DNA of 64,000 nt from Cirrosporium novae-zelandiae (taxonomy: Eukaryota): NCBI GenBank assembly GCA_026023565.1, contig JAPETS010000011.1, forward strand, positions 558,001-622,000, written 5' to 3'. This document shows, piece by piece, positions 12,063 to 24,888 of this stretch. The notes under the pieces were generated by a model. That model was given only the letters and a program-made list of their open reading frames with translations. It did no database searches and was not told the origin of the DNA. Position 1 is the stretch's first letter, and the number at the start of each line of letters is the position of its first letter. Position numbers and translations under genes: made by a program.

Positions 12063-13263
12063 AATATCGGGATGTATTGTTTCCTCGGTATGGAATGACT
12101 TGTCAAGTCCTGCGACTGGCGAAGGTGGGGGCGGCTGAGGACAAGCCTCGACATTGCTGAAGTTATTCTGTGAGATAGTAGCTTTGAAGGGAGCATGGTA
12201 ACGAAAAACTTACTGTTTTTTTTTGTATGTCCATTTTGACAAAGATAAAGGCACACTGATATAATTAATATTGACCCATTGATGATTAGTACGGGTATAT
12301 TTACTCGTCGTTACATTGAACTTCTGTTATTTCACAGGGCAACGGTACTCGAGTGTGATCGTAACATTTTATTAGAAATTGACTCTGAGGAAAATAGCTA
12401 TGTAGATTAGCATCTTCTTTTTAAAGTCTGCCATGCTCAATTGTGAACTCACTTGCTTTCAATATCAGATTCTGATTCTGATGTATCAGAATACTTGGCT
12501 GTAGATGTCATAGTAACATCTGCCATGACGACTCTCTTTCTGCGCACGATGGTAAAACTTCTAAGATTTTGGATCCATAAACCTTTTATGATTGTTTAGC
12601 TAAAGCCAAGGCTTTCTAACTGTAGTACAACTCAATAGTGGCTCCAAGTTATTTCTATTAAATAACGCCAATCTCTATGCAGAGCGGGAATGAATAGTAT
12701 ACCTACTGGGTCGCACTATATCCTAGTAGGTGAAGTGGTGTGGGGTGTGGGGTGTGGCACCTCATCCTAGGTTCTTTTCGATGCTAGATCCTGGCTTTAA
12801 GCAGCTATAAGCTGTCAGTTTACTTAGACTAATAGGTCTAGAACCCATTTTCTACAGTAGGACATTGACAAGGGTTTTTGTTATATTTTGGAAATGTGAA
12901 AAACCGTTCTGTAAGATGTTATCCCTGCATATGTTTCTAAATCATTAGCATTTACCCCTCAAGATTTCAGTTAAAGATACAAAGGTTATTATAATTTCAT
13001 CGATGATAGGCCCAAACAACGCTAGCCATTAAAGTAGCGTGGGGCGTGACGTACTTTTACATATTTTAATCATACTGGATTATTTGAAGGCTGATATGCC
13101 AAAACGACGGGGTCCCCTAACGAAATAGGAGCGAATATGTTCTTTGTACGTCGACATTACAGGTAAACATAGCTCGGATAGCTATTAGACCAGTGAAAAA
13201 GATCATCGGGGTCTTGTATAGTATAAGTGAGTGGAGATAGTTGTTGTTCCTAAGTAACAATAG

Positions 13264-14400
13264 CTAATAGTTTTCAACTTTGACCCAGTCCATCTCATCG
13301 TTCTCGTTTTCTGGTTCCGCAAAACATGAAAAGGCGTCACTGTGAGAAAGCTTGTTTTTGATCCTCTTTGCCCAATATTGATCTGAATATCCATCGAGAA
13401 TGTGGAGCAAAGGGGTCTTGTATAAAATATAGGAAAGAAAGGTGCTTATATACCTATCCTCGCAGGTATAAAGTACACGTGATAAGGCAAATGTTATGCG
13501 TTCAAACACGGTAGTCTTATTACCAAGAAATTTGCCCTTTAAGACGGCATCTAGATCGTTTAGGTAGCTATGGTTCATGGGCTTGGTGTTTTCTGAAGGG
13601 TAACGAAGTCGCTCGTAGCATAATAAGGCGGCCATTGTCAATACAAGCTGGTCGGTCTCTTGGGATTTCTGTAGATCTTCGATCAATCGATTATATAGTC
13701 TTTGGCTCTTCTCCGAAACTACCCATTGACTAAGTGCTTCCTTAGACTTATAGGCAATCGTTGTATTGGAAGTAAGAAGTAACAGAACTTCGTTCTCTGG
13801 CTTTTGAAAGCATGGGATGAGTGGATTACTCCTGCTTCTATTAATAAGAGATTCCTTTGGGTTTGGAGAAAAGAATCGTACTTGTAAAAAGTAAACTGGA
13901 TATTATCAAACGTACCCCATACTTCCAATACCTCTGGTGGAAGAGTCTAGTAATATTAGTATGAGTTTAGCCAACGATTTATAATGCCTTACAAAGTGTG
14001 TTTGATAACCAATGTGAAGATGAACCATCAACATTGTGCTCCATGGTATGAGATTAGACACATCTATTTCGGATCCAGTGAAAACGTTCGATCTGGAAAT
14101 GGCTTTGTAAAGTTCTTCCGGGTTAAACTCTCCAAACCGTTTCTGGCCCTTAATGCCAAAAAGAGAGCCGTACAAAACTTCGTTATTCTTGTATAAGTAG
14201 CTTGCGTTCAGGTAATGCTGCTCCACTTCCACTTGCCCGCCACAGAGCTCAAGTAGAAGTCGAACCAAAGAAATGATTTGACGCTGGTCGGAGTCGGATA
14301 GGTCACTATGAATCTCTCGAAAGGGTGAAAGCAACCCATCCTCATCTTTTGCAAGAATTTCGACGGCAGAGGTTGAGTTGTAATCTTTCAACTGATTTAG
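13264..14400 (-). pseudogene. Hypothetical multi-fragment gene, possibly degraded
   Basis: Consecutive same-strand ORFs (13906-14391, 13719-13928, 13264-13686) that I could not join into a clean spliced model. Confidence 0.3.
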
Positions 14401-14900
14401 GATAATAAAAAGAAGGGAAGAGACAAATTTGCGGCGAATCGAGGGAGGGGATATCTAGAAAAATGTAAATAGAATCTTTTAAGAAGGACAAAAGGCTCAC
14501 CAATATGTCATAATTGAGGATGGCTCTTTCAAGCAGTAATTTTAGGCCAAGGCGCTGTGCAACTTCACAATAATGAAATCCACGCCCTGTATACCTAGAA
14601 CCAGAACGAATCACACTTGCAGCATTGCAGAGAAAGCGATCACGGTTCCTTTTTTCCACTTCCTTGGAATCATGAGCTTGCCCACTGGATATCTGGGTCA
14701 TATACGGGAATGGATTTGGTATAGTCATTCTAGAAGTGTCCAACGGTAACAAGTTGTCATAATAAAACCAGATAGTAGAACTATTTAACAGTCGTAACTA
14801 CACACATTATATCTTTAGTTATCTAGACTCTAGGGTTTGGGATTAAAATTAATGCAGCTTCTATCTCTATAAAATTGAATTTATTAGGGGTCCATACTAT

Positions 14901-15115
14901 CTAGACAAGGTACTGACAAGCGGCTAGACAGGTTACTAACATGGGGCTAGACAAGGTACTGACAAGCGGCTGGACAGGCTACTGATGCGGGGCTAGACAA
15001 GGTACTGACAAGCAGCTGGACAAGACTACTGACATGGAGCTAGACAAAGCACTGACAAGCGGCTGGACAGGCTACTGACATGGAGCTAGACAAAGCACTG
15101 ACAAGCAGCTGGACA
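14901..15115. repeat. Minisatellite, 23-bp unit x ~9
   Basis: ctagacaaggtactgacaagcgg / ctagacaggttactaacatgggg units start at 14901, 14924, 14947, 14970, 14993, 15016, 15040, 15063 and 15086. Confidence 0.95.
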
Positions 15116-15152
15116 CGGATCAAATAACAGCACACTTTTAACTTACACAATT

Positions 15153-17623
15153 ATGTATTTTTCAGGTATCATATTCTCAGATGATTACATCAGAAGTCAA
15201 AATGATGATGCTATTAAAAAACTTATTGTCGAGTGCAAGTTTGCCCTTAAAGGCCTAGAATTTGAACTTGCGGTTAGATCCAGGACAGAAACTACAACAG
15301 ATGTTGAGCGTTGTAGTAATATTATCAAATACACTGCCGACAGGATTCAAAAACATGGGTTGAGCGAAAGTGATAAAATACGCCTTGGCAATCCAGACCA
15401 ATGGCAGGAAAGTGTTGATTTAACAAATGATCAGGCTATACCAAGAGGTTATGGAGAACTTTTGTGGATCATATCGAAAGTCGTCAGCCCTGGGCATGCT
15501 CTGCTTGTGAAATGTACCCCACCTCGAAACATAGAGAGATTAAGTATTGGCCGGAAAGCAAAGGTTGTTCAATTTGTGATGGAGAACCGCAGCCTACTCT
15601 TTTGTTCCGTTCTCGGTATGAACAAGATTGCTCGTATTGTTGCGTTTACTAAATTCTATCTAGAACCTAGAAGGCATCGTTCATACAGCGGAAACCATCC
15701 AAACGAGAAGTACCTAGCATTCAAGTCAAACCCCTGGCTCAACTCGGTACTGAATCCTGAAGCCTTTGAATCTCAACATCAAGTTACAGGCTTCCGTCAG
15801 CCGGAGCCCCAGTCCCGTCCCGAGTTACATAGCAGCTGGTCTTCAACGGATGAAGGTGCCTTGAGAATTCCTAGAAACATGACTATTTCACCAATTCTCT
15901 TATTCCAACAGCTAAACAAGGAACTAAAAGAATTCGTAACAGTCTTGGTTTTTTTGAGCAAAGCTGAAATGTCAGAACAGCTGTTGTTAGGTGGCTGTAG
16001 CCCTCGGGCATCATGGAATAATGCTGGTGAGATGGAATGGATGACTGCGCCAGGCCTTGTCCCTGTGCTCACGAATAATGAGAAAGTAAAATCGGCAATC
16101 CAATCTCTGATGCTTCATAACTTACTTATATCAACGCCTGGACCAGAGTTCTTAGATTTAGAGCAGCAGAAGGCACAAAATTTCTCAGTTGAACCAAACC
16201 TGCGACAACATATAGGGGAATCCACATTGGATCCGAACTTATGGAAAAGTCAAGCTACAAAACTCGTCTTTCACGTTTTTCCTAGTGATAGAGATATAGA
16301 ACCTCTGTAGTAAGTTACAATATCTACATTATATATAAGATGCTAATATCTAATAGTTACACTAAAAAAGCGAGATTGTATTTACCACAGGTTCAACAAG
16401 TTATATCATATTTCAGTATTCCGGGTTTTATCGAACTGTTTTCCATTCCAGAACTCACACAAGGGGTTGAATGCTGCCTATCGTCCTCGGCTTTTCTAAA
16501 GCAAGACTGGAAGTATAGATCACTCACAACGGCACAAAACATCTTAACTAGACTGGAAAACGGACAACTATCAGCAAGACTATGGCTGAGAACAAGAGCT
16601 TTATCCCATTTATTCCCCGATGGTCCCTGGAAGGCAGACACAACCCAGCAAATCTATATCCCCGTTGATCCAAGGTCGAATGCTTATTCTGGCGAAGTCA
16701 TGTTGTCCAACGCACAGGAAATGATTGAAAGGAATGAGCTTCAGAAAGCAACACTAGAATTGGAAAGGTTTAAGCCATGGAACACGGCTGCATCTACCAA
16801 AGAGATTCGTGTGATGCATCAGATAACATTCTTGAAAGGGAAAATCTGTCGCTTTGGAGGTGATTTTATCGGCGCAAAGGAACATCTTACCGACCTGTTT
16901 GAACATATAACACTGCATAGTGAAATACAATCCAAAGCCACCTCTCATCTTATAGCTGTCTTTTGTGAGTTAGGTAATATGCTTAAGGCGATGGAGTTTC
17001 TGAGATCCGAGTGGGAGGGTATGGAATACCATACCTGGTATCAAGGGAAAAGAAGCCGCCAAAAATTGATATCGGCCGAGACCTATCTCATGCAGGGTGT
17101 GTGGATAATTAAGGACAGCAAAGGAGTACTGCTGGAAGCACCCTGCGGATTCTCCTCTCCTCTTAGTGGCATTAATCATCCAGATGGTGCACGAGACTCA
17201 TTAAAGACGGCGAAAAAGACCTATGAAGAGCTTCGAGAAATGTATATTGGAATCCCGACCGCTGAACTTGGCAAAGTTCGTAGATTGAATTATTTTCGTA
17301 TTTCAGCTGGGCTGGCAATGATTTTACATCTGCAAGGTCAACTGGAAGCCGCTTTTGACAAATGGGAATTTGCTTTGACCTTAGCACAATTTTATTGGGG
17401 CCAAGATTTCGCCATGATGATCAGCTTATATTCCATGAGTGACATTACACTCAAACTTGGCAGGGTAAAGGAGTCACAAGAGTACATGAAAAGGGCAGAG
17501 GAAATTTTCCGAAGCAGTGGCCGCCAGAACTATCTACTTGCCCTTGGCTCTATATGGTTCGACGAAATCGGGGTTTCTATCCAATGCAGCGGGGGCCAGA
17601 AAATAATCGAGGCTCAAAATTGA
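15153..17623 (+). CDS. NLR-like protein: winged-helix-like region plus TPR repeats, no visible P-loop
   Basis: ORFs 15153-16310 and 16340-17623 appear joinable by an intron near 16306-16356. TPR-like helices (LKGKICRFGGDFIGAKEHL; AMILHLQGQLEAAFDKWEFAL; LKLGRVKESQEYMKRAEEI). Confidence 0.6.
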
Positions 17624-17854
17624 TAAAGTTAGTCTTTGAGATATTTGTTTTTTGGTTTGATCGATGGCGGTAGCGCTTGTGTATTCATTGGTTTAGTTTA
17701 CCGCCCGGGGTCGGGGTAAACGGGAGTGGGATTAGGATTAAGTTTGCGTTAACGCTATCGCTATATTAAATTCCGTAATATATAATCGTCCTCGTAATTT
17801 TCGCAAGGTACAATCAGCTTACAACGAACACAGAAAATCCAAAGAACCAACAAT

Positions 17855-19480
17855 ATGGAGAAAAGCTATAAGGTAAAATGAAAAAAGAAAAATTTTTTTA
17901 TTTAGCTAATTGGATGTAGCGAGCCCTAGGCCTTCTTAATAGCAGGAAAGCACGTCCTAAACCTCGCTTGGAGGACATGCGGGGCTCGGATGATATGACA
18001 GAATGGTTACAGCTGCTTGGCTACTCGGTAACGATCCTTACATCCTTCAACACTATAGAAATAATAACGACCTAAATGGAAGGCCGAGTGCCTAAATAGT
18101 TTGAACATTATACACATTGCAGGGACAAAGGGCAAAGGTAGTACGGCTGTGTTTGCGGAATCGTTCCTGAGAGTGCATGGGATAACAACTGGGTACCCGC
18201 AAAAAATTGGTCTTTACACATCTCCACATCTTAAGAATATACGAGAAAGAATTCGCATCAACTGGGAACCAATATCAGAGGAGCTCTTTGCAAAAAGCTT
18301 TTTTGAAGTCTGGGATAGACTACCTAAAGATGCCTCGGAAGCTTTAGATGTACCTCGATATCTACAGCTTTTAGCTCTTATCTCCTTCCATGTATTTATC
18401 AAGGAAGGGGTTGATGTGGCAATTTACGAGACTCATTTTGGTGGAGAATATGATGCCACGAATATCGTTCAAAGACCAGTTGCTACAGGAATTACAACTA
18501 TTGGAATGGACCATGTCAAATTACTTGGCCCATCGATTGAAAGTATTGCTTGGCACAAAGGAGGGATCTTTAAACCTGGGAGCCTTGCTTTTTCAGCATT
18601 CCAGGAACCGGTAGTTGCCACGGTACTACAACGTCGAGCAGTCGAGAAACAAGTTACGCTAAAATTTGTGGGTATTGATTCTTTGCTACCTATTAATGCA
18701 AAAGTGTTAAAACCAGAAATTCAAAAAACAAATTCTTCCTTAGCTCTCGCTCTCGTCGGCGCTTTTTTGAAAGAGAAAGCGCCTAATGGGTCCAAAAGCA
18801 TAACCCCACATGATATCGTTCTTGGAATAGAACAATTCTTTTGGCCAGGACGGTTCCATCAAATCCTTGATGGTAATTACCAATGGTTTTTGGATGGCGC
18901 CCACAATGAATTGAGCGTCCAGCATGCTGCAAAATGGTTCGCGGAAACAGCTTCAGAACTTCAAAGGTATTTAGGAAACTTTTAAAATATCGAATTAGAG
19001 GTTAACATCCTTAGTGGCCTTTTCCCTCGCACACGTATTCTCATTTTCAGTAACTTTTCTGAACGAGATGGAGTTGCCCTTTTGAGCTGTATAGCAAAAT
19101 CGCTACGAGAGAACAGAATGCAATTACAGCATGTCATTTTTAGCACGTATGATGAAAGGCAAGATGGTATTACGCGGATTGGTATAGATCAAAGATACAT
19201 TTTAAACACTTAACATCAGCTAATCCGCTCGTCAGACAAAAATCTCCAAAACCGGTTTTCATCAGATGCTCAAGAGCGTTATGCTAATATTTGGAAAAGT
19301 ATTGACCCTAAAGCTGAAATATCACTCGAGCGGACTATTGAAGGAGCTTTGAAGCTTGCGAAAATGATCGGGGATCAAGGCAACGGAATGCAGACTTTAA
19401 TTACAGGGAGTTTACATCTGGTTGGCGGTGCCTTATCTCTTGGACTAAGCACTCCAGCTACAACTGCTCTTCCAGAATAG
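17855..19480 (+). CDS. Folylpolyglutamate synthase (Mur ligase family), multi-exon
   Basis: Motifs IIHIAGTKGKGST, GLYTSPHL, RERIRIN, GGEYDATN, IGMDH, HKGGIFK, WPGRF, FLDGAHN and LITGSLHLVGG. Short upstream exons start at ATG 17855; stop at 19478-19480. Confidence 0.92.
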
Positions 19481-20609
19481 GAAACCAGAGCATACAATGA
19501 AATAGCCTCTACCGCTTCTCCAAACATATTACGTCCCCGCCCATATCCAGGTTTATGATCCTTTTTACTACAAGACTTGGAGGCCTTATTATGTGTCGAG
19601 TCCTTGGATTTATGATAGGCGAGATTTTGTAAGGCTGGTAGTAAACCTCAGGTAAAAACAGTTACCATAACGTCGGACAATTAGGATCTATATTCCGTTC
19701 TTGGCCCTTTAGCCTGATATCGTTAGAGAAGATTTTAAGTAGAGTTTACGCTATACTCGAGTATATTTTCGCCTGATACCCCAGTAGAGTAATAGTGTAA
19801 GGTAAATTAATCCAGGTTAATAGTTTTATCTCTAGTCATATATTAGCTTTGTATGTCGAAACTAATGCAGGAACATCACAATGGAGATCCATCCGCGGGA
19901 AACTGGTCTTCCAACCGATTCGTTTACCGAATCACATGTTATCGATCCAACGGGCTATGGGGTAAATCCTCAGACAGGTGCTGTGACGTCGACGCACCCA
20001 ATATGGGTGCGTGTCTTTTGATTCCCAGAGCTTTTGACCCCCCACGATGGGTAGTCTAGGGAGGATAACTTGATTAATCATTAAATTGATAATAGAACCT
20101 TACCCACAAAAATGGAATGACCAACATGCTCCTTCCTAACGACGGTAGATACATACCTTCCTTCTGGTGCTAAAAACGCAGGCTAGAGACATGCCTTGTT
20201 CTTTCACTACCTCTTCGCGTTTTAGTTATAGCAAGGAATCCGGATAGTAGATGAATCCTTCTATTTCCAAACAATTTAGTGGTAGCGCTGTCCATAAATC
20301 TTCCTAGAGTTTCCCATCTTGAAACCAGGACAACAGCCCTTGATGCTTTTATTGCTACCAATACATATACGTTCAAATTAATTATATGAGACGGCGAACT
20401 TCCTTTCTAGCCCTTCAGGTTCCTCTTTCCCACCTCCTTTTATTACCGCCCTCTACTTCGTCATCTTAGGCTCAGAGTACTGTCAATCGCCCCATCATTC
20501 CTGAATTAGGTACAAATTATCACAACGACCGTACAGCCAGTCTACAGGCTAGGTAACCATATCCATACTACGTATTTCCATATTCCATGCTAAGTCAAGC
20601 AGACAGATT

Positions 20610-21113
20610 GTGGATCAGTCTGAACTACCAATCATGGAAACCAAGACTACTGGTAAAGTCCTAGTAGTGCCCTCTGGTATACCGAATTTGGGAGTTGATG
20701 CAATTGACGAGCTATACACACTTGTACGACTGTCCAACGTGGAGGATGGCACAGGCGAAGAGATATTGGAGAAGCTTGATAGAGGAATTGGGGAAATTCA
20801 TGAAGTGGCTAGTACTATTGAGTTAAATGACGGATCATGGGAAATAGTCGTACTCAGGTTATATCTTCCCACTCTGCAGGACAAGCTCAGTAAAATATTC
20901 CCTAATTCGATTGTCGATCTGAAATATAACCCTATGGAACCCAGCGTGGACGACGTGAAGTACTGGGGTTATGGCAATGCAAAAGCCCTAAATACGGATT
21001 GGTTTTCGAAGAGAGCGGGGAAAATGATCAAAGAAGCTTGGCCTACGGCTTCCGCTTATTATTCTTATCTGATGGGACGCTGTGGGCAAACTAGGATAAC
21101 ATGTCATTTGTAA
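20610..21113 (+). CDS. Hypothetical protein (probably with an upstream exon)
   Basis: 167-aa ORF preceded by a plausible intron (gtaacc...cag); no family recognised. Confidence 0.45.
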   Translation: MDQSELPIMETKTTGKVLVVPSGIPNLGVDAIDELYTLVRLSNVEDGTGEEILEKLDRGIGEIHEVASTIELNDGSWEIVVLRLYLPTLQDKLSKIFPNSIVDLKYNPMEPSVDDVKYWGYGNAKALNTDWFSKRAGKMIKEAWPTASAYYSYLMGRCGQTRITCHL

Positions 21114-22658
21114 ATAATAGAGAATGCTTTTATAGTTATCATCTTATGCATTGGGCACAATATACTCTTGAGGTGCTTGGTCAAATGTCAGATAATGTCT
21201 GTTTTGGGAGCATGGATAGAAGGAGGACTATCTAGATTTTTCATAGCAAAATGCGCTGGCAGCAACCGATTGAGTCGGGTCTCCTGTCGGCCATTCATTA
21301 AGATAAATCATGGAGGCCAGGTGAGAAATTGTTGGACGAGTTACGTTATATTTCAAATGGTTGAGAATCTAATTATTGGTGGTGGAGTACATTCTTTGTG
21401 GCGGTTGACCCACGTTTGTGCTTGCAAATATCCCCAATCAACACTTTGATATTCCCTGCACCTTGTCTTGTTGGGGACCTACTGTGAGTAGGATCCTTAG
21501 TGTTATTCCCTTCCCCCCCCTGTCCTCCTACAGCCATCTACCAGGGCATTTCTTCCGATTTAGCAAAATGTGGGATTATAAGAGATGAAGTGTGCCGCCG
21601 TCCGATTTTTGCTCCATCGCTATCGTGTTGTTTGACATGGTTCTATTATTTTTTTATTTCACATACACATGAACGTTAGACTGAACATGAAGATCTCCCA
21701 AATAACTCCTCTTAGAGAAAACGTGTTCGAGTTGAAAAAGGGTCACAATAGTTTAGGACTGAATAAAGAGGATACTGCTGTGATTAAGTTTGGTGGTATC
21801 CAGACAGCCTTTACGCTTAATGAGTGCAAGGAAGATACGGATGTTTAGTAAGATATTTCTATATAACTACACCGGGCAGTACTGACAGCAGTTTAAGTCT
21901 GCCCCTCTCACTTGAAGAACACCTAGTGACTGTTTCGGTGGCCCACGATGGTTCATATAAAGATAAGCAAGGAAAACAGCAGATACTCCTTGAAAAAATG
22001 TTTAAAGTCTTGTCAAAGATGGAAATAGGGCAGAGACTCCTTATTAAGGAGGGAGAAAAATCCCGAGGGAAAGAGGGAATGGGAGGGAATCTATAGTCAG
22101 TTTGTTTCTCGATATTTGTACTCTCAACTGACATAATAATAGCGTTATAGAGCTGATAGACATTCAGCAATCCAAGAACGATCAACCCAAAGAAGATGTA
22201 GCAGAAGCTATCTATAAAGACACTCCCCAGACCTTTGACTCATCTAAGTAAATCATGCTTGAGGTGAAAGCTTTCTTCATTGAGCTAGCTACAAAAGGTG
22301 AAGCGCAATTTTCATTAATAACTGAGGCAAAGTTTCTACATATTTCTAAAGCGGGTTGAATGAAAATTTGAATGGGGAGGCGAGAGTCTCAAAGATGAAT
22401 GCTATGATGGGCCTGAGAGAAGGGATTCGGATGATCTTTTGTTTTCTGACTTTGTGATTTTGGGTATAAAGATAGCCAGTCGTTATCAAATACAAATTTG
22501 TTGAATGACGAAAGATCCAATCTTCTATTTAGGTACTCTGGAGCCAAGCACTACCGTAGTAATCACCGATGGTGACGGACATATCATCCCCGTTTTTGTA
22601 ACATATAGCTAGCTGGCTAGAATACCGCATGCTGATGAACTAGGGCGGGCGGTGAAAG

Positions 22659-23104
22659 CAGTGTTGTCGATGGACTAGACCGACCAGACCGAACCCCTTG
22701 GTCTGGTCGGTCTATGAAAATCCTCGGCCCGGTCTGGTCGGTTTATAGACCGGCGGTCACATGACACCCGGATAATATAACCGGCGCGGAGCGCGCCCAA
22801 AATTTTTGAATCTCGATTCACCACACCACTCTTATCTCCACGTGATATCACGTGGAGATAAGCTTACTAATCTATACGAAATAAAATACCGAACTCCGAC
22901 ACCCCAAATTTCCCCCTACAAACCCCAAAAATATACCCCCCACTAATAATTCGTATTTATAGAGACCAAATAGACTTTGGACAATCAAGATCTGGTCGGT
23001 CTATCAAAAAGCTCGGTCTGGTCGGTCTGGTCTATTCAAAAGCTTGGTCTGGTCGGTCTAAGGTCTATAGACCGTCTATTTAGTCTGGTCCATCGACAAC
23101 ACTG
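22659..23104. mobile_element. 446-bp hAT-type MITE with 8-bp TSD GGTGAAAG
   Basis: TIRs CAGTGTTGTCGATGGAC / GTCCATCGACAACACTG (17 bp perfect, 21/22 extended). GGTGAAAG occurs at 22651-22658 and 23105-23112. Multiple subterminal GACCAGACCG motifs; no coding capacity. Confidence 0.95.
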
Positions 23105-23285
23105 GGTGAAAGTTACTATCAAAACTTCTGCCAAAACTCTGACTTATATATTATATAATGTTTAACTAGCCAATCAAACCCATGTTCTATCACGTAGCTG
23201 ACCAGACTGAGTCTCCCCGTCGTGCCCGTCTATAGACCCATCGGTCGATCCAGTCGGTTTGGTCCCTTCACCATAGATAGCGCTC

Positions 23286-24092
23286 CTAGACCCGCCTACC
23301 GTTGATACTCTTAAGCTCAACGTCGCTATGAAGTTATTAGTACAGAAAACCCTCGCCTTCAATCAGACGTAGAAAAATCAAATATTTAAATTGTACCAAG
23401 GAATCACAAAATCTACTTACAAAATTAGGCGCGAATATGGAGGGAGCACTTCAGGCCAAGCACTAAAGCGAAAGTCAGGTGTGAACTATATAGTAAAGGG
23501 AAATTATAACTTACACATAATCGTACGCAAGATCACTAAGAATATGAGTTAACAATCAGCCCAAGTACTCGTACACAGGAAAGGCAAAAGCCAGAGCGAG
23601 ACAGTGATATTATATCCCCTCTATTTATAGATAAGATGCTGCTTGCCTGTTTGTTTGCTCCTCACTCACCTGCTGATCGTTAACGTACTCTTTTCGCCGA
23701 GGGACATCTCAGGGATAGCCTCTTCAAAACCTAGCCAGAATTGCCTATATTAGAACAAAATTTCTCCAATTGTGTCAAATCAGTAGACAGGCTTCCCAAA
23801 TACCTTGCATAAATTCTCCGATACCAATATCTCCTATGAATTCGTCTTTTTTCTGCTCAGACAGCTCAGTAGAGCTGAATCTATAGTAAAGGAAAGAAGT
23901 TAGACCTACAATCAAAAAGCGAAAACGGCTACCAGTGTTCGGGACCATCAACACTCACAGAAATCCTTTAAAATTGTTTTCAGGCTTGCTTTCATCGTAG
24001 ATCCACCCGGTATATACAATAGAGATATTGTCATACTTTTTAGGCCTGTCAACTCCGTTGCCCTCCTTGATCACTGTCTTTTGGACGCCCAT
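23286..24092 (-). CDS. Divergent FKBP12-type peptidyl-prolyl isomerase, 6 short exons
   Basis: Spliced by eye over GT-AG introns: MGVQKTVIKEGNGVDRPKKYDNISIVYTGWIYDESKPENNFKGFLFSSTELSEQKKDEFIGDIGIGEFMQGFEEAIPEMSLGEKSTLTISSDLAYDYVAWPEVLPPYSRLIFDVELKSINGRRV*. Confidence 0.8.
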
Positions 24093-24655
24093 CCTAATAT
24101 TGAGCCTAGATGGGAGTAGAATTAATCTTGGTGCTGTCGTCGCACCCAGAATCTGATTTCTGACACTGTCCAAGTGAGGAGGAATATCGGTAGCCAGAAA
24201 ATGATTCCGGAACAAATAGCAATAATAATGGCAGGTAGTAAAAAAGAATACCGAAGAAATGGCCAAATCGAATAGATCATAAAAAAATAGCAGACATAAG
24301 TGTTGGGTGTGAAGAACTAAGAGTCAGTAGCCGCGTAAAGAGAAAATCTAATAGACTGTCTTCAATATATTTCCTCGGGTGATAAAATTACTCATGACTT
24401 TGATATATCGGGATAAATTATACAGTCCCCCCTGGCTTCTATCAAATGTGTATCAGTTAGAATTCATATTATAGGGGCGCCGTGCCACTTGTCGTTTCAC
24501 ATGCTAAAAGCCATATGATGGAACCGTGACTCCATATTATTACTTTTCCCTAGTAAGAATCTAAACTTAAGCGGGAACCTGCTTAACTGTTGTGTCCAAA
24601 TCAGGGTAGAGAGCCTTATCCCTCATTAGGTGGGCGCGTGGTATAGCCCTGTGGT

Positions 24656-24888
24656 TAGATTTTCGCACCCACATTGGGTGCGTCCAAACAATTCCAAGGA
24701 TAGACTCTCGCACCCATATTGGGTGCGTCCAAACAATTCCAGGGATAGACTCTCGCACCCATATTGGGTGCGTCCAAACAATTCCAAGGATAGACTCTCG
24801 CACCCATATTGGGTGCGTCGAAATAATTCCAGGAATAGACTCTCGCACCCACATTGGGTGCGTCCAAACAATTCCAAGGATAAACTCT
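24656..24888. repeat. Minisatellite, 45-bp unit x5, each with an 8-bp-stem palindrome
   Basis: Unit tagactctCGCACCCAtatTGGGTGCGtccaaacaattccaagga starts at 24656, 24701, 24746, 24791 and 24836. Confidence 0.95.

Noticed and set aside
17697..17721. Hairpin gtttacc...ggtaaac after the TPR gene
   Set aside because: A 7-bp stem is expected by chance, and intrinsic terminators do not apply to fungal Pol II genes.
19620..19830. Possible RIP-destroyed gene fragment
   Set aside because: It is TAG/TA-rich and suggestive, but I could not identify a parent protein.
24656..24888. CRISPR array or repeat-protein ORFs
   Set aside because: The inter-palindrome sequences are near-identical rather than unique spacers, the genome is eukaryotic and there are no cas genes. 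ORFs in four frames are a by-product of a 45-bp stop-free unit.
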